This document shows positions 25,226-37,352 of a stretch of 39,849 nt of DNA, piece by piece. The stretch lies in the NCBI RefSeq assembly GCF_001194135.2, contig NC_069001.1:29444457-29484305 (forward strand). Reading direction: 5' to 3'. Numbering within the stretch: the stretch's first letter is position 1; each line of letters starts with the position of its first letter. Under the pieces are notes generated by a model. It saw nothing but the letters and a program-made list of their open reading frames with translations, ran no database searches and was not told the DNA's origin. The position numbers and the translations under genes are program-made. Source of the DNA: Octopus bimaculoides. Its lineage: Eukaryota.

Positions 25226-25641
25226 GTGGAGGCGCAATGGCCCAGTGGTTAGGGCAGTGGAGGCGCAATGGCCCAGTGGTTAGGGCAGTGGACTCGCGGT
25301 TATAGGATCGCGGTTTCGATTACCAGACCAGGCGTTGTGAGTGTTTATTGAGCGAAAACACCTAAAAGCTCCAAGAGGTTCCGGAAGGGGTTGGTGGCGA
25401 ACCCTGCTGTACTCTTTCTCCACAACTTTCTCTCATTCTTTCTTCCTGTTTCTGTTGTACCTGTATGTCAAAGGGCCAGCCTTGTCAAACTGTGTCACGC
25501 TGAATATCTCCGAGAACTACGTTAAGGGTACACGTGTCTGTGGAGTGCTCAGCCACTTGCACGTTAATTTCACGAGCAGGCTGTTCCGTTGATTGGATCA
25601 ACTGGAACCCTCGGCGTCGTAAGCGGCAAGAAACAACAAGT
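25226..25641 (+). mobile_element. Full-length, relatively young tRNA-derived SINE with duplicated head and 10-bp target-site duplication
   Basis: A box TGGCCCAGTGG occurs twice, B box GGTTTCGATTACC follows, then about 330 bp of body and a short A-rich tail. Flanked by TCCTTCCTAA at 25216-25225 and 25642-25651. Confidence 0.9.
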
Positions 25642-26288
25642 TCCTTCCTAAAATACAGGTAGCTTCGAAATAATTTACATAAAAGCGACCGAGCGTAGCT
25701 TATGAAAGTTAAACCTTTATCAAGATTTTACGAAAACTTTCTTTCATTTACGTAGATTGCGACTAGAGAAAAGTGAAGTACATGAAAAGTACTCGGCTGA
25801 TTCGCTGTTTGTATCATTCCATAACTTACTTTTGAGCTTCATATTTGTGTATTTGATACAAACTTTCTAAACTATTGTTTTATACATTGCAATACCTACT
25901 TAATATTTGCCCTTGAGGCAACAGAGAAAAACCTGATGTTATTCTCTTTTAGTTACATTTCTAATAATTTATTCATATTTGTTTACACAATATATATGTA
26001 TATATANNNNNNNNNNATATATATACATAAATAGATACATACATACACACACATATATATGTGTATATATATATGTATATTTTGACTACATAAAAATAAC
26101 AACTAATTATTTATAAAAAAATATCTTCTCAGTGTGACTCACGACTTCAAAGATATACGTTATACACAGTTACAACAGACTCAAATAATATATATTTGTG
26201 AATAGTGTTGGTTCTTTTATTTTTCGGATACATAATGGTGTCAGAATGATATTTCTTAAGCCGCAAAGAACATTTTTTTCTAGGCAGG

Positions 26289-26336
<48 letters not shown>

Positions 26337-26514
26337 CACCATCATCATTATCATTATCCTTCCCCTTCTCCTCCTCCTCATAATAATTATTATTATTATT
26401 ATCATTTTTCTTACTATTATAACCATTATCATCATCACTACTATCGGTCTTTTTGTTGTTGTACTTATCAATATTAGTATAATCATAATTATTATTATTA
26501 TTAATAACAATGAC

Positions 26515-26553
<39 letters not shown>

Positions 26554-26580
26554 TCATTGTTAATATTATTTTTGTTATAG
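26289..26580. repeat. Compound (ATT)n/(ATC)n/(AAT)n low-complexity tract
   Basis: Direct reading; explains the poly-I and poly-L ORFs in the track. Confidence 0.95.
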
Positions 26581-29500
26581 TTACGAGCCTGCCTTCTACG
26601 TGTTCGTGATATATTTAACCTAAATTCGGGAGGGTTATCAATTTTTATCAAATCATTTTTTTTACCGATAACGTGATAAATGTGTATAGTTATATCGATT
26701 GTAAAAATATTTCTTTGAAGTTATACTATTGTAAAGGAAAAGGGTAGACTATAAGTATATCATGATTCTCTGCTTTTTTTTTTTATAATTTGGTTTGAGT
26801 GATAACATTCCATACAATACTAGCTATGACGTTTCCCAGACGGATATCTTGGATAATATTCACACTTTACGAAATAAAATTCTAGATATTTTATATATCT
26901 GTAGACCATTGCACAATATATGGTATATATGTTGAGCAAAATGTTCTTGACACACGAACAACAAAGGCCTAATCTACAACTGCTTGCCGAAATGTTTAGT
27001 CGTGTCAGTAGAAATTATGATCTCCGTAATTCAAAACGCATGTAAAAATATGGGTGACGGTTAATTGGAAAGAGGGAAGGTATATGGTGTGAGAATATAT
27101 ATATATATATACATACATACACACACACGTACATACATACATACATACATATATATANNNNNNNNNNNNNNNNNNNNNNNNNNNNNNNNNNNNNNNNNNN
27201 NNNNNNNNNNNNNNNNNNNNNNNNNNNNNNNNNNNNNNNNNNNNNNNNNNNNNNNNNNNNNNNNNNNNNNNNNNNNNNNNNNNNNNNNNNNNNNNNNNNN
27301 NNNNNNNNNNNNNNNNNNNNNNNNNNNNNNNNNNNNNNNNNNNNNNNNNNNNNNNNNNNNNTATATATATATATATATATATATATCCTATAGATAATAC
27401 CATTTGAATATTGGTATGTATATGTACGCATATTTTACGTATAATAGATGAAGCCACATTTTCAATAGTCAGCTCAGCGGATTAAGAGGAAATTCTGAGA
27501 ATTGAAACACAGCCGTATACACGTACAATAGATTAATTACCATCTGGTTCAGCCCACCTTTTAAACAAAGCATTTGCAAAAGAAAAGTATTAAGCAAGCT
27601 AGAACCTATCACAAATCAAACGCAGATGACGAATGGAAACTAATACTATACAACATTCAATAACAGCATTGTACAATTTTATCAGTGGTTGTATACTAGA
27701 CGAAACGAAACGCACCCTAAATTCTGAACGGTCATATCTCGCAAATTCCCCTCTAAAATCGATAGAATTGCAAGAAATAAGAGATATACTTGTTAAGTGA
27801 TAACTGCATATAGTCCTATGCGTGTTATTATCTAAATATCTGCGCTTCTAATCGCTTCCACAGTAACACAAAATATTTTCCGAAACTCTCCATACGTTTC
27901 ATATAATGTATATGTTGTGTCATCGTACAGCCCTTAACATGAAGCGTTTCTGTCTATCACTGACTAAAGAAAAATCAATCTACAAGCTACACAAATATTG
28001 CATATTTTTATTTCGTTCTTAATACTTTATAATTTACTGATAGCTTAAGCTTTCATGAAAACATATGTGATTAACCTGAGAACAAAATGTTAATCGAAAA
28101 AGACTCGAATTACATGCCATATTCTTTTATTGCAGCAAATACTTTCTGTTGTTCTTCAGCTTCTATTATATATGACACTTTCCTTCACTCTTAGGGCACT
28201 ACATACTCGTTAATTCACTTTGCTATATGTTTATTTCCCATCCCATTTACATTTGATGATCTACCATTTCTACTGAATATCCTCCGAAATCTGTCTTCCC
28301 TTTATAGCATATTGCGACACAGATTACCTATATTTTTATTTTTAATACATTGAGCTGAAGTGAGAAGAGTGGATGTAGCAATACATGAGCCGAACCGTAA
28401 TGTCACCAAATAAAACATTCAACATGTGAAAGAGTTGAACTTCTGTCAATGCGGTGAACTTTCTTTCTCATACGTCCAGTAGCGTCGACATAACGGGTCA
28501 GTTAATTGCCAGGAAAACGAAACCGTGCATTTTCAACACTTACTATGTGTGTTCCTGTATAAAATTTATAATACCGTCAATTCTATGGGTCGGAAGTGGT
28601 TTGAACTGATAGAATCTTTACAGCATCAGTTCAAAATGTTGCAGTACCTAATCACCGTTCTGGTCTTACCCTGGCCATATCCTTCCTCAGTGAAAATTTC
28701 AGCCTCTCTACACCATAAAATACCAGTTAAATACCAGGAGAGATTTAGTAGAGTGTAAACCCACTCTCAAACATATGCACATACGTGTTTTAAGAACTCA
28801 TTCAGTATGTTTGACTGTTAAGCTCTCTTTTCTGCTTAAATTTCTAAATTCATAATGTAGATTAAGATGTTTTCTCTGTTGCTATTTATCAAAAGATTTC
28901 AAATTCACCAGTTATTTGCTATATTTCTGCTGCTTTTACATATAGTTATATAAATCTTATTTTTAATATAACTATTGACACATTCATGTGATTATTGATC
29001 TACATAGTAGCTGTGTAGCTGCTACTTGATTATATTAATAACTTTTGTTAAATGCCTACACTTCTGAAAATATTTGCTTTACATAATATTTCAATGTTTC
29101 AAGCTATTTCCTTTTATTTTTCAGATGACAGATTTCTGTTTTCAATGTTTTGTCTTCTATACGTTTCAGTCAATTTAAACAGCGGCCATCAATCTCTATA
29201 CAATTTTCATTCAATTCCCCAAAATCTATATACACTAACCATCGAGTGGGCAGGAAAATATAACTGTGGATTTAGAAATACACTTACAATTTCGAGTCTT
29301 GTCAGATATCATACATTTATCATCTCATCCACTCAAATGGTCGATGTTGAATATTGAATAAATATAAGAAAACCTAATACACATTATATACATAAATTGA
29401 GGATAGAATAATTAAAATATTTATAGCGATGGCTAGCATATTGGCGTTGTACTTCCAGCACCCTTAAATAATTTTTTTAAATAATTATATACTTAAATAT

Positions 29501-29627
29501 TAATTTTTACCAAAATGCTTTTTATATGGAAAATTATATCATATTTCTATCACATGGTATCTACGCATGGATTATGTCTGAGTGCGTAGTGACTATATGG
29601 TCTTCTAAAAAGATAAAATGAAATTAC

Positions 29628-29939
29628 TCCTTTTGGTCAGGAATGACCATTGTATTGCACTTAAAAAGTTTACCTACGACGCACAGGTCCAGTTGTTTAT
29701 GGAAGACCAGCAGTCAACCATGAACACCAGCCTCCCCTTTTCACGCCAGCAATGTTATCCAAGGGAAAGGTCGATACACCTTGGCACCAGTGACATCGCA
29801 ACTAATTTCTACATATGAGTGAAAGAGAACAACATGAACAACTTGCTAAAGAAGACAACGCACATTCCAGTCCGGGATTCGAACTCACTACCTCATGAAT
29901 GTGAGTGCGACGACCTAACCACCGAATCATGCACCTTCA
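29628..29939 (-). mobile_element. Full-length tRNA-derived SINE (different 3' region from the 25.2 kb copy)
   Basis: Minus strand begins TGAAGGTGCATGATTCGGTGGTTAGG (A-box-like) and contains GAGTTCGAATCCC (B box), followed by a body with CCTTTCCCTTGGATAACA...GGTCTTCCATAAACAAC. Confidence 0.85.
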
Positions 29940-30559
29940 TGACCTTTAAATAACATACTTTAAATAAAAATAAATTATATCTCGTTTAAATCATACCCAG
30001 ACGGCTGAAAAGAATATAATGTAGTCGCAAACTATAATTAAATTCGACACAAAGAATGGCTTTGTGGCATCCACGATACTTTGATAAATCTTCCAGTTAC
30101 TTAATTATGGAGGACATCCCATGCTTGTGTCAGATGAGCATCCCGGATAGATCTGTTGCCGCAAAAATTGGGGGTGACTACTGCTAATAGGCTCGTCGTC
30201 GTTTCAATTGAATAAACTAGAGTAACGGAAATTGAAATGTTTCCTTCATGATATAAAACACCAGATCCTTATGGTCGTAGACCGAAACCTTTAAATGGCA
30301 AAAATATTCTCTTAAGATGAAACCAGACCTTAATCCTCAATATTCATACAGAGACAAATTGTTCAAGTATAGAATATTTACTTGGATCTAAACAAAATGA
30401 ACAAGTAGCAACAATAAAACATGTTATTTTCTGCGCAAAGGTATTCCTTCGTCTTGCATTGGTATGTGAATGTTAAAAAAAGATTATTGAAATAAATCCA
30501 ACGAACGAATGAAATTAACTAAGGTAAACTTAATTTATCGACCCCGAGAGGATGAAAAG

Positions 30560-30720
30560 TGTCTTCTGCAACAGCCGCGGACCCACCAAAGCCTCGTGAG
30601 GATATCTTTCCTACCAGATAGTGTGTCGGGTCTTATAGCCAGCTAGAAACGATGTTTCTTGAGGCTGATCCAATAGTAACGTCGTCCTTTTCGGGACAGC
30701 TGCAATATGTTGGCAAATAG
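30560..30720 (-). repeat. Diverged SINE-related fragment
   Basis: Reverse complement CCTCACGAGGCTTTGGTGGGTCCGCGGCTGTTGCAGAAGACAC resembles CACTCACAAGACTTTGGTCGGCCCGGGGCTATAGTAGAAGACAC at 33642-33685. It therefore lies in the opposite orientation to that SINE copy. Confidence 0.45.
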
Positions 30721-30732
30721 CATTTACTTTAT

Positions 30733-30766
<34 letters not shown>

Positions 30767-30767
30767 G

Positions 30768-30930
30768 TATATAAAATTAACAGAATGAGATAAAAATCCC
30801 AGGCTATGAAAGATCGCAGAACATTTATAAAAAGGTCGTCTTACAGCTGTAAGACCTCTTTATAAATGTTCTGAACTCTTTCACAGCCTTGGATTTTTAA
30901 CTCATTCTGTTTATTTTTTTTTTATATATA
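30768..30930. mobile_element. Fold-back (palindromic) MITE-like element
   Basis: Arms of about 80 bp are near-complementary around the central palindrome CAGCTG (30844-30849), and the element is embedded in TA repeats. Confidence 0.75.
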
Positions 30931-30940
30931 AGCATGTTAA

Positions 30941-31080
30941 TATATGACCTAGGTTGAACTCCTCATTCGCATAATCACCGAGCCTGGAGTTTAACTATAG
31001 TCTGTCCCTAGCACTTAGTTAGCATTACCTGCTGACACCTTTGGATCTTCTTGACACTATTACCACTCATAACCTATATA
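30941..31080 (+). repeat. About 135-bp dispersed repeat, copy 2
   Basis: Aligns with 8361-8495 with scattered substitutions and a small insertion. Confidence 0.8.
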
Positions 31081-31103
31081 CATACATACATATACATACA
31101 TAC

Positions 31104-31153
<50 letters not shown>

Positions 31154-32691
31154 TTGAGTGGATTCATTCATTTGACTACAATGTCGAGGCAGAACCCTAG
31201 TATGGCCGTAGCGTAACGACTGAAACATGTAAGATATGAATGATAAAAGAAAAAGATATATTACTTGAAATTAGAATGCATTTGTCGTCGTTGGATGTCG
31301 TGATATAACGTCCGATGTTTCTGAGTTGCTTCAGTGCGAAACATAACCGCGTCTCATAATTAACCTTCAAAAAGTTGCATGTAAGCCTAAACATCACAAC
31401 CTGAATAAAGCAACATATATATTGGATAATGCAGTCTTAAATACTATTTTGAAAGATGGCATGATCGCCCCTTGAAATATTTGTTTTAAAATTCTGCTCA
31501 ACCGCGACCTAATTGAGAATAAGCAGCCAGAGCAAAAAAAATTAAATGTAGGCATCCTTTCAACGAGGGAGCGGCTGCGTAGTTATTCGTTCCGATAGAA
31601 ATAAAACACAAACTACACTCAAAAATCGCAACAAAAGATTACTATTGAACATAGATATTATGTAATTAGATACATATCTCTGAGATCTGAGGATGTGCAT
31701 GTTTGAGAACATTTTAGTGTTGTGATTAGGCAATATAATTCGACCAATATATTGATCTTTACCAAATATTTCGCCCCTTCTAACCTGCTTAATGTTGTAT
31801 TGTATGGATTCTACAGAGGTGTCCAACAAATAACTCCTGGATTTTAGTCGAAACAGTGTAACAATAGTAAAAAAATATTTTTTTCATTTTCATTTTCACT
31901 ATGAAAATATTAAATCAGGCTCCCTTGTCTTTCCCCATACTGTGCAAACAAATTTCAGAAAAAATCTTTTAGTCGCTAGAATATTAATGCAGGAAGTGAA
32001 ATATAGAATATTAAATTTTCAGAAACTTCAAAGTGTAAACGCAGTAGATTTCTGAGGATGTTATTAAATATGAACAAAAGTAATTTTTAAGGCAACTTTT
32101 AGCATATTAAAATATTGCATTTTTGCTGAGTACAATTCTCATTTTTCAAAATTTTCTTTCCTTATCGCGCGAACAACTTCCGTTGCACGAAGATGGGACT
32201 ACGTTAAATACTCATACATCATTGATAACAATATTGATGTAGGTATATCTAGTAGAGAGAGAGGTGAATGTCGAAGTGTGTATGAAGTGTATACATGAAT
32301 ACAGATTTGCATGTATACAAATTTCAATATATTGTCAAGCACACTTAAACACACACGCACTCACGCATACGGATATACTTTCTCCTACAAGTAAATTTTA
32401 ATACCGCTATGCAAGTCTTTAATACTCCGACCGAACTTTTTAGTGGTGAGATGTTTCGTACAATCTTAATACATCTCCCTCTCTTTTCTCTAACGTCATG
32501 TCTCTGTCAGTCAGACAAGCATGCGTGTACTCTCACGAATGTCTACCTCTCGCTCTCTACCGATATAAAAATACAGACACACACAAACACACACACACAC
32601 GCACACACACACACACACTTAAGCATATGCAGGTGTAAAATGTGCAAGTATACACGCAAATTTATATATACACGGACACACCCATGCTTAT

Positions 32692-32770
<79 letters not shown>

Positions 32771-33396
32771 GTGAGGGGGGCAGATAAATAGATACAGGGA
32801 TGGATAGATTTATGTATATAAATATACATACATACATGCACCCACATTCACAGACACACTCATACACATGCATATGTTTAATTACATTCCTGAGAGCGGT
32901 TTCTCCCCCCTTAAGAGTATAGGGGCGTAGTTACAGCAATCTTCGCCAGTAAAGCAAAATAAGTAAATAAATAAATAAATAAGTGTAGGGGAAACGGTAG
33001 AAAGAATGCGAAATTATAATGACTGGAATAAAGAGACGAGAATGAATAGATTTGGGAAGAAATGAAATTGATCGCTTTAACAAATAGCTTGCTACACATT
33101 TATAAAGGTTGCGAAAAACATTTTTATACCAAGAATATTTTGATTAAATTTGTTAATGAACAGGTTATAAAAATTCATAATTACTACAAACAAGCCAACA
33201 GAATTACGCTGGCACACACACACACGTGCACTCTCACACACACACACGTGCACTCTCACACACCCAAAACACCCAACCTAACACACTCACACACAATATA
33301 TGGGCGTGTTATATATATGCATTGAAACATATGCACGCGCCTCTCTCTGTGTGTGTGTGTGTGTGTGTGTGTGTATACACAAACACACACATATAC

Positions 33397-33561
33397 TCTT
33401 TTTACTTTTTTACTTGTTTCAGTCATTTGACTGCGGCCATACTGGAGCACCACCTTTAGTCAAGCAAATCGACCTCAGGACTTATTCTTTGTAAGCCTTG
33501 TACTTATTCTACCACCATCTGTTGTCAAGAGATACTGGGGGTCAAACACAGACACACAAAA

Positions 33562-33596
<35 letters not shown>

Positions 33597-33755
33597 CACA
33601 CATATACGACAGGCTTCCTGTCTGTTTCCGTCTACCAAATCCACTCACAAGACTTTGGTCGGCCCGGGGCTATAGTAGAAGACACGTTCCCAAGGTACCA
33701 CGCATTGAGAATGAACCCCGGACCATGTGGTTGATAAGCAAGCTACTTGCCACAT
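33397..33755 (-). mobile_element. Near full-length tRNA-derived SINE with internal (CA)n/(TA)n tract
   Basis: Minus strand has a tRNA-like head (GTGGCAAGTAGCTTGC...GGGGTTCATTCTC), a central body, an internal microsatellite and an AAGTAAAAAAGTAAAAAGAG tail. Confidence 0.85.
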
Positions 33756-33771
33756 ATTCTTTTATCCTTTA

Positions 33772-33945
33772 AATTGTTTCGATCATTTCACTGCAGCCAT
33801 TCAGGAGCACCACCTTCAGTTGAACCTAAGACTCATTCATTGTAAGCCTAGCTCTAACTCTATCGGTTCATTTTGCCGAGTTACTAAGTTTCAGAGACGT
33901 AAACGTACGTTGTCAATCGACGGTGAGTTGGTGGGGGGGGGGTCA
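33772..33945 (-). mobile_element. Older partial copy of the same SINE (3' half)
   Basis: TTGTTTCGATCATTTCACTGCAGCCATTCAGGAGCACCACC aligns to 33414-33455 and continues into the body. Confidence 0.7.
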
Positions 33946-35219
33946 CAGGCACAGAAATACATGTATATATTCCCGACTGGGAAGCCAAATTGCAACAACA
34001 CAGTCACGCGTGAACCTATACCAACCATTTCAGTTTGTCATGTTTTTATTTATATTGATGTGTTGTACAATGGTGAATACATTATTCCTAAATGTTGCTG
34101 GTCGAAATTTAAGTAACGATTTTCATTGAGTATTGGCTAAACAATATTGTTAACATTATCATGTGTATATAATTCGACTGTTTTTATATAGGTAATTTCT
34201 TTTATTTCTCCAGTAGGCTATAATTACTATCAATAAAACGAATATATTGCAGGACAGCTGATATCATTAAGAAGTTTTATTTTTTTATTTGAACAAGATT
34301 ATACTTTTTCAGAGCTACGCAGAGGCTACATCGACTGGCTGTCAGGATGCAGAATTGTTGCGCCAAAGTAGTAGCTATATCTGCTTTGCCTTTACAAAAT
34401 TTTACATCGATTATTCTCTACAGGTCCTCTTGTGATCTAAATTTAAATATGAATTTGCTACGCTAGTAATATGACATACAAATATGATATATCTCATTCC
34501 CTCCTGAGTTTTGCATTGGTATCTCGATCCTTATGAAGCATAACCCATCCCAAACCTGTCGCAGATGTTACCGACATGACGTAGACGTAAGGATAGCTCA
34601 TCTATATTTTGTCACACAAACCTAATATCGTTATTAAGATGACATCGTGTGCTTCTGGATTAAGTGCGCTAGTATTTATGGCATAACCTTTAGTCATATT
34701 TAAGCTACGCTCTCTCATTTTTCACGATATATTCTATGGTTATATCTTTATGTTTTTAATTCCCAGAATACAATAGCACATTTATCAATCATATATTTTT
34801 AATGAATTTACATCCCTTCAGTTTTTATACATACAAATTATGAGCCACAATTCCTTATTTCGTAAACATTGCAGGAAAATATCACCTGCCATTACTTTAG
34901 GTCTATGAAAATGACGCGAATTGTCCTGCAGAATCCTCACCTACTGCTTAATACTAAATAACTAGCAACATCGAGGAGCATATATTTTATTATTTCATCT
35001 ACTTGTACGAAACATTACATGTGCATGCTTTTATGTCGTTCTCGAAACCTCATTGCCGTTCATATTACTACTACATATACGTAAAAGTATTTAACGGAAT
35101 GTATTCCAATATATATGTATGCATATATATATATATATATTTTAAAAATCAAAATAAGCAACACGGATTTCAAAGATGATTGCAGTACGCACGTTTCATG
35201 CTACTCCATTTATTTAAAG

Positions 35220-35709
35220 TAATGCGAGCATTACATTAAATGCAATATGTAGAGCAATCTTCAGCTGCAGGAAAATGCAGAAAATTACAGTAGAAAAGAC
35301 ATATTATAATTGTGGCAACATTTCAAATCCAAGTGGGAGGAAGAATACATAAAAATCCATCTTGACATAGCCAAGTCTATCAGGCTAGTAATTGGTTCTA
35401 GGCAAAATTTCTAAACTGTTTCTGATTTTATTGTCTCTTATCTAGTAGTAATAGTATGAGTAATAGTAATTTGGTATTAATTTTAGCCTTAAATGGGAAA
35501 TTATAAGAAGAGCTCAACCTTATAGAAATAATAGATATGGATGTGAATTATGTTCTATGGAAATATATGAAATTTTTAAACTTAGAAATAATCCTAATCT
35601 AATCAATAATAGATTAGACCTCAGGGTATCGTGTGTACACTGCTCTACTCGAAATTTTAAATTAAAAAAAAAAAATTTTTATAAAGTAGTTAAAATTATC
35701 AAATTATAG
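35220..35709 (+). mobile_element. Penelope-like element remnant: GIY-YIG endonuclease C-terminal half
   Basis: 35473-35709 is open: GINFSLKWEIIRRAQPYRNNRYGCELCSMEIYEIFKLRNNPNLINNRLDLRVSCVHCSTRNFKL. This matches the W-x-I-x(3)-A-x(2)-Y-x(5)-C-x-LC-x(2)-E...L-x-N-x-R-x-(E/D)...C-x-H end of Penelope-like endonucleases. The upstream part is frameshifted and less certain. Confidence 0.8.
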
Positions 35710-36169
35710 TAATTTAACTTCCACCATGGTCATCTAGGGCTATTAATTAGCACATATTTTAAATTGGAAATTGAACCTTTATAACATATATTCCTGATCT
35801 CTCACCTTTACATTTAATCTACTTGTGATAAATAAGATTTAAAATCTACTCCATAGAAGATATTTTTTCACACCACGTCTGCTATTGCTGTTAGTTTCTC
35901 AGTATGTATCTTAACCCTATATAGTTTATAAGAATAGAACATTTTCATAAGTTTTTACATTATTTAATGCTTGACTTTAAAAGAATCATTGTTATTGTTG
36001 TTATTACATTATTCCAGGGCTTACAACAATAGTGTCTTGTTTATTTTGTATTTTTTTACTTAAATAAATCTAATCCTTATGCCCAAAATTAATCTAATCC
36101 TTATTCAATTAATATTTTTTTAATTAGCCCATGTTAATCTAATCCATGACTAATGAAACGTTTAATCAA

Positions 36170-36709
36170 TCATCAGGTTCCTGTTTTGGATGTCCTTGTC
36201 AATTCCTAATATCCTTTTTCTTTTTCTGTCCCTTAAACCGTAGTAAACCCATAAACTAGTATAAATCCTATACTAAATTTTTTCTTCACATTATAAAAAT
36301 ATAAAGCTTAAATTTTATGTGCCTTCTAAATAGTATTATTATATATATCAGCTAAAATTTTAAATTAACTTTAAAAAATAATTCAAAATTATTTTCATGA
36401 ACCCAATATACTTAATATCCTTAGACTTTACACCTTATCTATAGCCTCTGAATTCAATACTGACATTACTTCATGCTTTTTATTTTATTAGCATACCTCT
36501 TACTGTTAAAATATTGGTTAAACTAATATTGATATCTGTGAAACAATGCTGATGCTCTATTTAGACTAAAGGAAAAGCCCTGTTTGACCTATATACCTAG
36601 GGTTTAATTCCTCAACTTTTTGATAGTAGTAAAATACCCCAACCTATAAGAGTGTTTGCCACTCTGACCAGAGAACCCTTTATAACCATATCTTTTTATA
36701 GCCTTGCCC
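36170..36709 (-). mobile_element. Second Penelope-like element remnant: GIY-YIG N-terminal motif, decayed
   Basis: Minus strand 36640-36578 reads GVFYYYQKVEELNPRYIGQTG, followed after a frameshift by EHQHCF (the R-x-x-EH position). An upstream frame reads KAIKRYGYKGF. Truncated by the N gap. Confidence 0.7.
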
Positions 36710-37352
36710 NNNNNNNNNNNNNNNNNNNNNNNNNNNNNNNNNNNNNNNNNNNNNNNNNNNNNNNNNNNNNNNNNNNNNNNNNNNNNNNNNNNNNNNNNNN
36801 NNNNNNNNNNNNNNNNNNNNNNNNNNNNNNNNNNNNNNNNNNNNNNNNNNNNNNNNNNNNNNNNNNNNNNNNNNNNNNNNNNNNNNNNNNNNNNNNNNNN
36901 NNNNNNNNNNNNNNNNNNNNNNNNNNNNNNNNNNNNNNNNNNNNNNNNNNNNNNNNNNNNNNNNNNNNNNNNNNNNNNNNNNNNNNNNNNNNNNNNNNNN
37001 NNNNNNNNNNNNNNNNNNNNNNNNNNNNNNNNNNNNNNNNNNNNNNNNNNNNNNNNNNNNNNNNNNNNNNNNNNNNNNNNNNNNNNNNNNNNNNNNNNNN
37101 NNNNNNNNNNNNNNNNNNNNNNNNNNNNNNNNNNNNNNNNNNNNNNNNNNNNNNNNNNNNNNNNNNNNNNNNNNNNNNNNNNNNNNNNNNNNNNNNNNNN
37201 NNNNNNNNNNNNNNNNNNNNNNNNNNNNNNNNNNNNNNNNNNNNNNNNNNNNNNNNNNNNNNNNNNNNNNNNNNNNNNNNNNNNNNNNNNNNNNNNNNNN
37301 NNNNNNNNNNNNNNNNNNNNNNNNNNNNNNNNNNNNNNNNNNNNNNNNNNNN
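36710..37352. other. Assembly gap (largest of nine)
   Basis: Run of N. Confidence 1.

Noticed and set aside
35400-36709. Possible nuclear mitochondrial insertion
   Set aside because: The AT-rich texture looked mitochondrial, but translation gives GIY-YIG motifs and no recognisable mitochondrial gene.
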